Assembly: GCF_000372725.1 (NCBI RefSeq)
Contig: NW_005202368.1
Span: 216,045 to 280,044, forward strand
Length of the DNA stretch: 64,000 nt
Direction of reading: 5' to 3'
From: Emiliania huxleyi CCMP1516
Lineage: Eukaryota
Shown here: positions 23,504 through 35,625 of the stretch, piece by piece
Position numbering within the stretch: position 1 is the stretch's first letter
Layout: each line of letters opens with the position of its first letter
The notes under the pieces: model-generated
Databases searched by the model: none
Told to the model about the DNA's origin: nothing
What the model saw: only the letters and a program-made list of their open reading frames with translations
Position numbers and translations under genes: made by a program

Positions 23504-25090
23504 TCACTCGGCAAACTGGCTCCGCCTCGCATCCGCTCCCTGCGTCACGCGCGGGGTCGTGAGCATCGTGCCCGGCGAGACACGCGACAGACGGCTCATG
23601 GATGACTGCATGCTCTTGAACGAGGAGTCAGCCTTCTTTGCCTGGAGCTCCATTGCAAAGGCTGCAGACGCATCCCAGTCCGACATGGCCACTATGCTCA
23701 TCACGACAGCGGCCTCCACGATTGCGATGCCAGCTTTGCCCCAATAGACGGTTTCAACGCCGGTGTGCATGATCATGACGAGGACAAATACGCTCCCGAT
23801 CGAGCACGGGAGCTCAAAGGCGAACGCCAAGATCGTGTTGAGGATGGTGCGCCCTTGCGCAGCAAAGACGCCGCCAGTGCCAACGCCAACCAGCAGCTGG
23901 CCCATCGAGGCGAGGAAACCGGGCACAATCATGCGCGAGGCCACCTCGACGACGTACGGATCGGACGAGATGGTCGACATCGCCGCGTGGCGCACGGGTG
24001 CGACAGCAAGCATGGAGCCACCAACGATTATGACGCCCGCGGCGACTGCCATGGCGGCAGCTCGCGCCGCCGCCGGGCCATCGCCTCGTCCGAGGTGGAA
24101 GCCCACACGAACCGCCGCCACGCCGATGAGCATGTTGCTGGCGCCGCCGGCGACGATGTTAATCAGCGCCTGCGTCGCGGAGCTGCAAGCGACGGCGAGG
24201 GTGCCCAACTGCGAGATCATCAGCGTACTCGATTGGTCGACGAGCATCTGGAAGATGATGGTTCCGACCAGGGGCAGCGCCTGCGCGAGGAAGACCTTCA
24301 CGTACTTCTGGTCGATGGACTCCATCGACCAACCGGGCCAGGTCTCGAGGTGGGCCTTGCGGTAGACAAACATATACAAGAAGAAGGCGAGAGGCTGTAG
24401 GCAGCGGGACATCGAGATGGACATGGCCGCTCCCACGAACCCAAAGCCCCCAAAGCCGGTGACTGCACGCAATGATGCCGGCCCGCCAAAGACAAAGAAC
24501 CAATTCAGCAGGATATTTACAAAGAAGAAGAAGAGGTTGTTGTACATCGCTGGTTTGGTGATGCCCATCGCCTGGAAGTAAAATCTCATGCACTGGTACC
24601 ACCCGTTTGGGATCGGCCAAAACACGTTGAACTTCGCATAGTGCCCGGCGAGCAAGCAAACAGCGTCGGAGAAGCCCAGCAGCTTCAGCACCGGACCCAC
24701 GTAGAAGAAGCAGATCAAGCTGGGCAGCATTCCGACCGCGAGCGCGATGATGGAGAGCTGCAGCCAGCGTCCGGCCATCATGGGGTTGTCAGCGCCGATC
24801 GCCTGACTGACCAGCGCATTCAGCACCTGGTTGAAGGCGAGCGGCGGGGCAGCCGCGATGTTGACAACCATGTCAGAGAGGGAGGCGGCGGCAAGGTACT
24901 CGTGAGGAGCAAACGCGCCGTCGGTGATGTGGCCAACAAACGCCGAGTCGGTCGAGCCCATGCCGAGCCGGCAGGCAAACGAGACGAGCATAGGCCACCC
25001 CATGCTGGCCATCGCCACCACCTCTGCGCGGCGGCTGAAGTACGGGCGGCCGCCCAGGAGCGGCTCCCCCGACGATTTTGTGCTCAGCAT
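23504..25090 (-). CDS. MATE family multidrug/toxic compound extrusion transporter, apparently intronless
   Basis: About 12 hydrophobic segments; DSAFVGHI, LVSQAIGA, RFYFQAMG, GFGFVGAA, VRVGFHLGRGD. Confidence 0.92.
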   Translation of the reverse strand: MLSTKSSGEPLLGGRPYFSRRAEVVAMASMGWPMLVSFACRLGMGSTDSAFVGHITDGAFAPHEYLAAASLSDMVVNIAAAPPLAFNQVLNALVSQAIGADNPMMAGRWLQLSIIALAVGMLPSLICFFYVGPVLKLLGFSDAVCLLAGHYAKFNVFWPIPNGWYQCMRFYFQAMGITKPAMYNNLFFFFVNILLNWFFVFGGPASLRAVTGFGGFGFVGAAMSISMSRCLQPLAFFLYMFVYRKAHLETWPGWSMESIDQKYVKVFLAQALPLVGTIIFQMLVDQSSTLMISQLGTLAVACSSATQALINIVAGGASNMLIGVAAVRVGFHLGRGDGPAAARAAAMAVAAGVIIVGGSMLAVAPVRHAAMSTISSDPYVVEVASRMIVPGFLASMGQLLVGVGTGGVFAAQGRTILNTILAFAFELPCSIGSVFVLVMIMHTGVETVYWGKAGIAIVEAAVVMSIVAMSDWDASAAFAMELQAKKADSSFKSMQSSMSRLSRVSPGTMLTTPRVTQGADARRSQFAE

Positions 25091-26043
25091 CGCGCGGCCT
25101 GCGCGGCCTGCGCGCCCCCAGGCGCGCGAATGGCGATGCGCCTCCCCAGCGCGCGTACACACGCTGCGATCAGAGGTTGGGACGCACGCAAATCCACGGG
25201 GCATTTCACAGCCTTGTTATTGAGAACAAAACTCCCTGGCACGACACTGGTTATTGAGAAGACACAGACCTTGTTATGGACAAGAAAATACCTTCACACC
25301 GAGAGACAGAGCTTCCGAGCTCGCACGCCGCGCGTAGGGCCCTTAGGGGCCTAGAGAAGTGAGTGAGTGAGTATTCTTGATACGAAACCACGACGACACA
25401 CACCAGTCGACTCGTATCGGTTGCCTCCATGAACGGCGGAGCTATTCTCGGGCCCACACCACACCTGGCTCCAACGTGGACACGCCCATAGCTGGGGACA
25501 CTACTAGGTCATGCATGGCATCAGAAGTTTTATCTCTGGGCCCCGAAAGGCATCTCTAGCAGCGTCGTTACGCATGCGCCCTCCCCTCCTGGGCGCATGC
25601 GCCTCACATCTCGCCAGAGCATAAGCTCTTGGTGTGCGGCGAGACGAGTTTTTCGCCATCGCCGCGAGCAGCAAGCCGCCCGCCGCAAACAGCCGGAGGC
25701 ATCGCCACGGCACTGACTGCGCCGCGATCCCGCACCCGTCGACGAAGCTCCCCCCGCGGAAGACCGCGCGTAGCGACGCCTTGACGATCGAGATGAGCGC
25801 GCTCGAGGCTCGCCCACCTACTGCCCCTGAGAGTTGGTTACGAGTGCCGGAGTGGGATCAGCTCCCCCCCTTGGGTTCGAAGCCGCCACAACCTCACACC
25901 CAACACCACAGGTGGGATCAGAGAGAGACTCCGCACCGGACACCGCCCGGGCACAGACTCCCTACCCATCGGATCGCACAGGGCCCCCTCGGAGCAGCCC
26001 ACACACAATCACGCATCGGCAGAATTAGTGCCTGACGAGTCAG

Positions 26044-26087
<44 letters not shown>

Positions 26088-26127
26088 CTAGTGAACACAA
26101 CCCTCTCCCTTTGGACCCCGACCCCGC

Positions 26128-26200
26128 ACCGCCCATACCGCGTTGGTGTCCAGTCCGAGCCTGACTGTTCTTCACCTTACTACATACATACATACCGCCC
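26128..26200 (+). mobile_element. Truncated retroelement 3' end with (TACA)n tail and 7-bp TSD ACCGCCC
   Basis: ACCGCCC at 26128-26134 and 26194-26200; body matches the 19557 and 59856 copies. Confidence 0.8.
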
Positions 26201-26607
26201 CTCGGGGTGGGGGTGCACCCGCCCCTGTCGGGCGCCGCTTGCGGCGCCTGGCAGGGGCCGCACCCCCTGGGTGGGGGCGGGCGGTTCCCACATGCCGGCT
26301 CTCCGCCACAACCCCCGCCGGGAGGGAATCCCAGCTCACGGGAACTGATGGACCTCTCCAGCGGAGGGAAAGACACGGCCCGATTGTGTGCTCTCTCTTC
26401 TTCTGACCGTATCTGATCTCTCGGAAGCATCTCAGCTACTCGGTTTTATTTGTCCTTGCTCGCAATGCGGTCCGCGAGGTCGGTGGCGGTCGCGTCGTCG
26501 CTGCTGCCGCTCAGCCGATCCTGAGCAAGCGGGATTCGCGGCTAAGCCCGCTCGTACAGGAGGGGCGACGCGTAGCCCTTTCCGATGGCTTTTGGCATTG
26601 GGGCATC

Positions 26608-27273
26608 TTAACGTTCCGGCGTCACGCATCTCAGTGCCATTCGCATCACGTCTATCGTCACCAAAGTCTGCTTGACGTCGTGGCTCACGCTGAGCCGGTT
26701 GAGCGACTTGCGACACGCCTGAAAGGTGGAGGGACCAAGGAGTGGCAGTAGAGAGGGCGCTCGGTGGCTAACTAATAGACGAAGTAACCCACTGCTCCCC
26801 GGGCCACTTTAGAACTCCCGCTGGCACAAGGGTCCCGCGCTGGCCCAAATGCGCACCTGCGCAAGCTTGACGTCGGGATGCGGCAGGTCACTGTCCGCCT
26901 GCGATGAGCGCGGCGGCAGTGGTGGGCCGATGTCGGAGACGCCGGTTTGTGGTGGCTTGGGTGGTGGGCATCGTCACAGCATCCAACGGCAAGGGCAGCA
27001 GTGAGGACAGAGGGTCTCGCTCCAGCCTCAGCGCTCGACCCCATAGCCCCCCTTCGTTGCAACCGCCCAACAATCCTCGCGTGTGTGAATTGCTCCCTTC
27101 GTATGTCAGCCAGCCTCACGTGTGGCCGAGAGTGCAGCTGATGACGGCGAGGGCCGTGGAGGCGGAGCGCGCCAGCATGGCAGGGAGGGCGTTGGTGGAG
27201 GTGGAGCGCGTTCGGTAGAGGTAGTAGAGCACGCCGCCGGCCGCCGCGACGGCGAGGGCGGCGCGCGCACCCA
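26608..27273 (-). CDS. Hypothetical small protein with N-terminal membrane anchor, multi-exon
   Basis: MGARAALAVAAAGGVLYYLYR, GTGAG donor near 27120, last exon ACRKSLNRLSVSHDVKQTLVTIDVMRMALRCVTPER*. Confidence 0.35.
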
Positions 27274-27877
27274 TATACGCTCTGGGGCAGGGCCAGCACG
27301 ATCCTGCGCCTCGGCGGCGATGAGGGACGCAGGGTACAAATGGACGGGTCAACTTTGTGACAGTGTTTTTTTTAGAGCGCCTTCGTTGTTAAAGGCCCAC
27401 TTCAAGCCCCCTTTCGGCTTTGAGCAAGTGTGCACACTTGGCCGCCGCTGCCTCCTGAGCCCCGCTGAGCACTCCCACGCCGGTTGTGTCTGCTCTCCAC
27501 GCCCACCAGCTCGACCAACTCGACCGCCTGTGATGATAGATAGAGGTAGAGGGAGGCCTTTAAAATGGCAAGTTAAGCCCCCAAACCTCCTCGTTTCTTA
27601 AAAGGTATTAAAAAATCTGGGCCTAAGGCGTGTGGTCATTGCTCTTTTATCGGATCGAAGAGAGAGTTCGAATTGCGAATTAGCGGCGGCTTCTGGCGCA
27701 CACGCCCGTCGAGCGCCCGGTCGCCTTCATACAACACTCTTTCACAGCCGACCCAGGCGACACGCACGACCCAGTTGCGGACTGGCGCGTGCCAACAAAT
27801 CTCACCGCCGGGAGGATCTCACCTGAGTGGTCCCTCGGACTCCTTGCGGACTTTGCGGACTGCACTGCTTCGCTCCG

Positions 27878-28178
27878 CTAGTCCTGGCCGGCCTGCCCAG
27901 AGTCCTTGAAGCCGGGGGGGTACACTGCCGCGTCCTCACGCCGCACCTCTGTCAGCTCGAGGCTACCGACCCGCCGCTCCAGCCTTGCGAACTTGCGGTC
28001 CAGCTGGTAGCGCATGCCACCCGCCGTCCAGTCGACAGAGACGAACCCGGGCTCGTCGCGGCCGAGGGAAGCGGGGAACACCAGCGTGATGCCCCCGTCG
28101 CAATAGAGCGAGCAGTAGCGCGTGCGGTCGCCCGGCGGAGGGTCGTAGAGGCCGCTACCCGGCGGCAAGTCCTCCTCC

Positions 28179-28215
<37 letters not shown>

Positions 28216-29125
28216 TCTCCGCCTCACGCGCCACCAGCACCCGCTCCAACGAGAGGTCGCCCTCGGCTGCGGCGGCGTAGACGAACTTTACGCGCACGCG
28301 CCGCCCCTCCTCGCGCACGCCCAGCTCGAACAGCAGCGCGCCGTCCGCACCCGCGTCCTCCCCCTGCTCGCCCGACCCCGCCGTGAAGGAGTAGCCGTTG
28401 CCGACGCACGCGCAGCCTCGCTGCCGGTCGAAGCTCGCCGGCGTGAGTGTCCGGCTGGTGTCGTACGCCTTGTCTGGTGGCGCATCCCTCCACGCAACCT
28501 CGCCGTCGCGCTCGACAGCGACCGCGCCGGCCGACGGCAGCGACGGACCCGCCACCCACTTGGGCACCTCGCCAGGCGGGCCCGAGGGCTCGTAGGCGAC
28601 GCAGCTGCCCTTCCACTCGCCGAGCTGCGCTTGCGCGAAGGTCGCGAGCTGCCAGCGCGCATTGTTGGCCCACTTTTGCGCGCGGTAGGCCTCGAGGATC
28701 TCCTCGTCCCCCATGCCCTCGAGCTCGAGCTCCGCCTCCTCGCTCTGGAACGCGCCGCGCGCCGCCTCCTGCGCGTCGACCGCGCATATGTCGGGCGACG
28801 ACGCGTCAAACCACTCGTCCCACGCGTCGTCGCAGCCCATGTAGTGGACGAGGAGCTGGTCGCCGCGCGTCTGCCGCACCGTCGCGCGCCACCACGCCTG
28901 CGACGCCTGGTCCTTGCACAGCACCGCGTCGCCCTCGCCCACAGGCACGGGCTCAGCGCCGGGCGTGGGCGAGGACACAAGCACCGGCTCGGGCGGCGGA
29001 TCCGAGAGCGAGACGGCGCCGGCGCGGAGGGCGGTCCGCGGCGCGAGCGCGGGCAGCGGGGCGCGGAGCCGCAGCGCCGCGACGCCCTGGACAACGACCA
29101 GGGCGGCTGTCGCGAGTATCACCAT
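27878..29125 (-). CDS. Plastid-targeted protein: Tudor-knot/chromo-barrel + DUF3598 (BFA1-like) domain
   Basis: Signal/transit leader; WWRATV...LVHYMG.DDAWDEW; then GEWKG...DWTAGGMRYQLDRKF..SLELTEV. Confidence 0.7.
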
Positions 29126-30320
29126 CGGCGAATAAAACTCCGCCTTAAAGATGCGCTGCAGGCATATTCAAGATGCGTTGCGTTTTCCCTATTGAAAGTC
29201 GCGACAAATGTCCCTCGTCCAGCCTGCAGCATGGCGAGGCGCGAGAGCGCAACGCGGTCGCGGTGGCGCACCGAGAGGGGCCGCCTGGCCACCGCTGCCA
29301 CGGCGCCGCACGGACTTCACCCACTTTCGCGACTGTGGCCATCCAACAGTCTGCCGGCGCGGCGGGCGCATTCGAATGCGCCGGCCGCGCCGGCAGACTG
29401 CCAGTGCTTGCTATCCCGGGGGGGGGGGCGGCAAACGCGGGCTGGCGTGCTAGGGACGAGCATGCTGCGGCGGATCGTCCATGAACTGCGTCGTGAGGAC
29501 CTCTCACGGGCGTGAGGACCTCGGACGCTCGCAAAAGTGTGAGGACCTCTGCGCTCCAGGCGATCGTGAGCACCTCTTGGCGTCGCGATCTTGGCGGGCG
29601 TGAGGGTGTCAGCTGGCGTGTGGCGAGGTCTCGAAGTGTAGGTTTGCACTTGTAGAAAGCCTTAAGCCGTTGTATCAGCCGTATGCACTAGTCCCAGGTC
29701 CTCTCACGGGCACGCCAGAGCGCAGAGGTCCTCACGCCGCAGAGGTCCTCACACACGTCCCGGACTTGTGAGTTCACCTGTGTTGTCAAGAACGCAGGGC
29801 GGTGGCCTTGGCGTCCCTTGCTAGGATGCCACGCCGGGGGTGTCCAGGGGGAGTGTCCGAGGTTTGGCGCACCTCTGTGTGGCACACCATGGCCATGGGC
29901 CGTCAATCTTGATCAAAGCGATTATTGAGATTCCTTCTATGGCAAAATGGATGAATAAACTCGATCCCAGTAGTGCGGTAGACAGCGATGGCCCCCCGGG
30001 AGTCTCACTTGAACTACGGTAGAGGGTTTCAGACCTCCTTGCTTGCATCAGCTGGGTGGAGGAAAATTCTTTTCCTTTTTCTTTTGCCGTCTCAGAAGGA
30101 CAGCGATGGCCCCCCGGGCGGTCAGCGCCTGTGATAATTCTTTTCTTCCCCGTGCCCAGTGTTGTGCGAGGGAGTTTTGTTGTAAGATTCCCGTGCCCAG
30201 TGTTGTGCGAGGGAGTTTTGTTGTAAGATTCTTTTCTTCGTGCAACCTCGATGATTGATTTACCCGGCGTTGCTCGGCTAACCTTCGGTGGCACACACAT
30301 TCGAGAAGGCAAATTTTTTG

Positions 30321-31939
30321 ATGGCGGAGGACCTGCCGCGGGCCGGCGCGAATGCGTACCTGTGGGAGGACGCCGCGGGCGCCAGCCTCGCCCACGCCGC
30401 CTCCGCGTCACCCGCCAGCAGCGCACCCACGCCGGCCACAGCGGGCTGCTCGCCTTGCAGCTCCTCGCACGCCTCTTGGATGGGCAGCCAGGGGATGGGC
30501 AGCCAGGGCATGGGCAGCCAGGGCAGCGCGTCGGCGGGGTCGTACGGCCCGCGTGCGCCGGCGGCGTACCCGCTCTCGTACGCCTCCGCCGACCTGCCCG
30601 CCGTCGGAGACGGAGGCAGCGGCAGGCTCAACGCTCGGCGGTGGCCGGTAGAGAGCCCGCGGCCGGCGGCTTGCGGCGGCGCGCCGCCGCTCGGCGCGTA
30701 CTCGATGGGGCAGGTGCAGGAGCTGCTGGCGGAGCAGCAGTCAAAGAACATCGAGCTCATCGCGCAGGCGCCCACGCGGCCGCCCCTCTCCAATCACGAA
30801 CACACGCACAGACGGGCGCCGGCGCCGGTCGAGAGAGGAGTACGCACCGCTCTCTCGCCGCTCGCGGCCGCATGCCCACGCGTCCGCTGCCCGCCCCGTT
30901 CCCTTCGCACCCCCACATCCCCGCGCGGGACGCCCTCCCGCCTCCCCGCCCCACCACACCACACCACAACACAGACACACGCCGGCACACAAGCCGTGCC
31001 CCGGGGGCCAGCGTCTGTGCGTCCGGTGGCTCAGACTCCCTTTGCATTCCCACTGTGCCTCCCCGTGCCTGCAGCCTGGCGTCTGTGCCCCGTCTGTGCC
31101 TCGCCCCGTCCCTCCGAGTCTTCCTCCTCCGCATCCGCCCCACGCACCCCACAACTCAAACCCCTTTCACACTTTTCGCGCTGGCCCGCCTCACCGGCCC
31201 CCGCCCTCACCCCCCCCCCCCCCCNNNNNNNNNNNNNNNNNNNNNNNNNNNNNNNNNNNNNNNNNNNNNNNNNNNNNNNNNNNNNNNNNNNNNNNNNNNN
31301 NNNNNNNNNNNNNNNNNNNNNNNNGAGGGAGGGCAGCACACGCCGGCGGGCAGCGGCAGCTGGCCCCCCTCCGTCCCGCCCAACGCGCCTCCGCCGCCCC
31401 CCGTCCCCCCCGTGCTGCCGCTGCAGCCGGCAGCGGCGCGTACGATGCACACAGAAGCACACACGCGACACAAACACGTGTGTAATGCACACATACACCG
31501 ACGTACACTCTTGCACCCGCCCTCCCCTGCCCGACGGTACCCGAACTCGCCCTCCCCTACCCCACGGTACCCGAACCCACCCTCCCCTACCCCACGGTAC
31601 CCGAACCCACCCTCCCCTACCCCACGGTACCCGAACCCACCCTTCCCTACCCCACGGTACCCGAACCCACCCTCCCCTACCCCACGGTACCCGAACCCAC
31701 CCACAGGCACAAGGGCCGCCACTGCCAGGGCCTCTGCCCGCGCCTCTGTCCGCACTGCCGTACCCATACGGCATCGGTGCGGCGGGCTGGGAGGCGGAGG
31801 CGAGGGCGGAGGCGGCGAGGGCGGAAGCGGCGAGGGGGGCGCAGCAGCAGCAGCGGCACCAACCGCCGCCGCCGCCGCCACAGCAGCAGCAGCAGCAGCA
31901 GCATCGCCAGCAGCAACAGCAGGCGCAGCAGCAGCAGGC

Positions 31940-31971
<32 letters not shown>

Positions 31972-32670
31972 TGGCGCAGCAGGTGATGGCGTTGCGCCAC
32001 CTCATGGCGCAGCAGACGCTAGACGACGCGCCGAGGCCGCCTCCTGCCAGCCCCCAGCGGCCGGTGGTGCCAGGCCACTTTTGCGGTGGCACCGCCCCGC
32101 TCGCCGCCACTGGCGCCGCGTCGGGCGCGCTGCAGCAGCAGCAATTTTCGCGGCCTCCGCTGCCGCTGCCTCCGCCGCTGCCTCCGCCGCCGCCGGCGCA
32201 CGACGCTGACGGACTGCAGCAGGCGCTGTGGGCGCAGGTGCACGAACCCATTCCCCTACCCCACGGTACCCGAACCCACCCTCCCCTACCCCACGGTACC
32301 CGAACCCACCCGCAGGTGTTACAGGCTCAGCTCCAGCAGGTCCGGGCTTTGGCCTCGCCGCGGCCGTGCTGCTGTGAACGGCGCCTCTTCACACCGCACC
32401 GCTGCTGTGAACCAGGCCCAGGCCCTGGCCGCCATGGCAGTGCTCGCCCCACCCACGCAAGGGGCATGCCGCGCCGCCTCGGGCGCCGGGTCAGTCGCCT
32501 CGTCGTCCTCGTCCGAGCATTCGGCCAGCTCCGCCACGGTGCCGTTTCCCGACCCGTCGCGGCCAGGCTGCCTCGCCTTCGAGAGAGGCGGGGCAGGGCC
32601 GGGGGCGGGAGGGGGCGGGGCGGCGGGGCGGCGGCGCAGGCGCGAGCGGCTCGAGGAGGTGGAGCGGCGG

Positions 32671-32714
<44 letters not shown>

Positions 32715-33225
32715 GGCAGGAGGAGGGGGAGGAGGAGGAGGTGGTGGTGGTGGTGGCGGCGGCGATCGCCGTTCGGATATGAGGCTCGACCTTCCGCGCG
32801 TGATTGCCGGCGAGGACACGCGCACCACGCTCATGGTGCGCCACATCCCGAACAAGTACACGCAGCGGATGCTTCTCTCGGTGATCGAGCAGAACCACTC
32901 GGGCCAGTTCGACTTGCTCTACCTGCCGATCGACTTTAAGAACCGCTGCAACGTCGGGTACGCCTTCGTCAACATGATCTCGTTTCACCATGTCCCCGCA
33001 TTTTACCGCGAGTTCCACCGCCGGAAGTGGGAGCGCTTCAACTCGGACAAGGTGTGCGAGATCAACTACGGGCGGATCCAGGGCAAGCGCGCGCTCATCG
33101 CTCACTTCTCCAACTCGTCGCTCGCGAACGAGGACGAGTCGATGCAGCCCGTCGTGTTTGCGTCGGATGGCTCCGGCACGCGCGAGCGGTGGCACAGCCC
33201 AGGCGGCGGGCGGCGAGGCTTTTGA
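30321..33225 (+). CDS. Mei2-like RNA-binding protein (C-terminal RRM_2), multi-exon, spans gap
   Basis: DTRTTLMVRHIPNKY, FDLLYLPIDFKNRCNVGYAFVNM, WERFNSDKVCEINYGRIQG; polyQ and polyG upstream. Confidence 0.92.
31530..31702. repeat. 30-nt intronic minisatellite CCCACGGTACCCGAACCCACCCTCCCCTAC; also at 32243-32311
   Basis: About 5.5 and 2.3 copies in two separate introns. Confidence 0.9.
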
Positions 33226-33876
33226 GGCGGCGGCGGGGCGAGCAATGGCACACCGGTGGCCTCCCTCCCCCCCCTCCCCCCCCCCCCCAGACGCTTCGGT
33301 GATTTGGTCGGGAGCTCCGGTGATTCTGGGGTGGGTGGAGGGCACGGGCGGTACGGCGCCAGGGAGCGCCGGTTTTGTTCGCTTGTCACGCGGGTCGGCG
33401 GCGGGCGGCGGAGAAGGAGGCGGCGGGCTGCGGTTGCGTCAGCGGGCGGCGGCGATCGGGCGGCGGCGGCGGCGGCGGCGGCGGCGGTTGCGGCGGCGGC
33501 GGCGGTTTTCTGGCGGTTGGCCGTCGTGCCGTGTGTATTCTGCCGGCAGCCCCGCCTTGATCTGGCGGCGGGCGGCTCGCTTGCGGCCACCCCCGCACGT
33601 GTGCGCGCGTTTCGAGCGCCGCCACGGCTTTTCTGTTTTCACGAACGAATGGACAATGGTGGAGTCGCGTGCGCTCGGCCATCTAGTGCCAGAGGCTGAG
33701 CGCGCAGCGCACGTACAGAGAGAGGAGAGCTCAGCGAGCCATGTCTCCCAGGCGGCAGCGTGAGTAGGCGTCAATTTTTCTTATCGCTACTTTTATCTTG
33801 CGCGGTCAAAAATTGCTCGAGTTTCTTTTCTCCTTTTAGAAGTCCCGTGTGCCTAGTGTCGTGCCTACACTCGTAC

Positions 33877-35625
33877 CTACTCGTCGTCTTCCTCATCCTC
33901 CTCATCCTCGTCCTCCTCATCCTCCTCATCCTCGTCCTCCTCGTCCTCTTCGTCCTCGTTGTCCTCGTCCTCGCCCTCGTCCTCGTCCTCCTCGTCCTCC
34001 TCGTCCTCCTCGTCGTCCTCCCCCGCACTGCGGAAGCGCACCCGCTCCGGATGGCCGTGGCGCTCCTCGTTGCAGGCATGCCCCTGGCCGAGCTGCCCGG
34101 CGTCGTTGCAGCCCCAAGCGAGGAGCTCGCCGTCGCGCAGGCGGGCGAGCGCATGGCACGACCCGAGTGCGATCTCGGCCACAGGGGGCAGCCCCTGCAC
34201 GCGCTGCGGCAGCAGGCAACACTCGCCGCCCGCCTCATCCACGTCCTCGTCCGGATACTCGTCGCCGTGGCCCAGCTTCCCGAAGAACCCCTGGCCCCAG
34301 GTGTAGACGTCGCCTGTGTCGGTCAGCGCTGCGGAGAAGAACTGACCCACCTTGGCGTCCGCTACCCGATGTGCTAGCGCCACCCGACGCGCACGCCGGT
34401 AGCTCGAGTGCCTATCGCCATGGCCGAGCTCGCCGTAGTCTCCGCGGCCGTAGCTGAAGAGCCCGCCGTCGTCCGTGATGATCAGCCCATGGTCCACTCC
34501 GGCACAAGCTTTGGTCACCCTCGGCGGTGGAGCTCCGGGGGCGTCTAGGAGGAAGGCGACCTCGCCAGGGACATGCGGCGGTGGGACGCTCGGGGCGTTC
34601 AGCGGGGCGTCCATTGGACCACGGCAGGGCGGGCCGTTTGCCATCCAGCCCCAGCTGTACAGCTTGCCGTCGCGCGACACTGCCAGCGAGTGAGACCCGG
34701 CGCTGACTTGCACGATTCCGCCGAGCCTCGCGACGCGCTTTGGCACGTGGGGCTGCTTCGGCCAGTCTGCATGGCCGAGCTCGCCGTTGCCGCGGCTGCC
34801 GCACGAGTAGACGCGGCCGCTTCGAGACAGCATCAAGGAGTAGCCATGACCACATGATACCTGTACGATCAGCTCCCGCGCCAGCTCCGATCGAAAGTGG
34901 ATCGCCATCGGCACCTCCGCTGTCTCGTAGTCATCGCGCCCGAGGTACTGGCCAAACTCAACCCGGCCGTGGCCGAGCTGGCCGTCAGAGGCATCACCCC
35001 AGCTAAGCACCTCGCCACGGCTCGAGACTGCCATGCTGTGCGAAGCACCTGCCGAGACTTGCAGCAGGCTCATCTTCGCCTCTGCCCACTCGCGACAGCC
35101 CTGTGCGTCAATGATGGACCGCACCCGCCTTGGCGACCTCACGTTTTTGCCGACCTGTTTGCCATGGCCCAGGAAGGCGACGCAGGGCTCACCAAGACCC
35201 CACGCTTCGGTGTATTCTTCGTAGTCGCTGTTGCCTCCCCAGGAATACAGTGCTGACGGTGACGGCTGAAGGCAGAGCGTGTGCGCTTCTCCTGCGGCCA
35301 GCGTGCTCCTCCGGCGCAAGAGCTCCTCCAAGAAGTCGAGCGCGTTGGCGAGCGGCTTGCATGGTGGCGGATCCGGGACTACGAGGCTCAGAAGTGCCGC
35401 GCGCCCGTACACGGCGGCCGGCACGTGTTCATCTCGCAAGGCAGTGCACACGCAGCTCACGCCACCGAGCACCGCCGCAGGTAGCCAAACGAGCACCTCG
35501 GTGACTAACACCTGCGGAAGCTGCAGCAGTGGCGCGACCTGTGCGTTGTGTGCTGTTGCAGCGGACACTGCTGCCGAGCGCCGGCGCGACCGCGTGCGCG
35601 ACGACGGCCGCGAGCTGTCAGACAT
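33877..35625 (-). CDS. F-box-like + RCC1/BLIP-II repeat protein with acidic tail
   Basis: LLQLPQVLVTEVLVWL...VSCVC; repeated VSAG..HS...G.VYSWG....GQLGHG; poly-D/E end. Confidence 0.9.
   Translation of the reverse strand: MSDSSRPSSRTRSRRRSAAVSAATAHNAQVAPLLQLPQVLVTEVLVWLPAAVLGGVSCVCTALRDEHVPAAVYGRAALLSLVVPDPPPCKPLANALDFLEELLRRRSTLAAGEAHTLCLQPSPSALYSWGGNSDYEEYTEAWGLGEPCVAFLGHGKQVGKNVRSPRRVRSIIDAQGCREWAEAKMSLLQVSAGASHSMAVSSRGEVLSWGDASDGQLGHGRVEFGQYLGRDDYETAEVPMAIHFRSELARELIVQVSCGHGYSLMLSRSGRVYSCGSRGNGELGHADWPKQPHVPKRVARLGGIVQVSAGSHSLAVSRDGKLYSWGWMANGPPCRGPMDAPLNAPSVPPPHVPGEVAFLLDAPGAPPPRVTKACAGVDHGLIITDDGGLFSYGRGDYGELGHGDRHSSYRRARRVALAHRVADAKVGQFFSAALTDTGDVYTWGQGFFGKLGHGDEYPDEDVDEAGGECCLLPQRVQGLPPVAEIALGSCHALARLRDGELLAWGCNDAGQLGQGHACNEERHGHPERVRFRSAGEDDEEDEEDEEDEDEGEDEDNEDEEDEEDEDEEDEEDEDEEDEEDDE

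Noticed and set aside
27100..27140. In-frame TGA after SCTLGHT as selenocysteine
   Set aside because: The TGA lies in a canonical GTGAG splice donor; no CxxU motif or SECIS identified
30149..30230. 41-bp tandem duplication upstream of the Mei2-like gene
   Set aside because: Simple two-copy slippage; nothing supports a function
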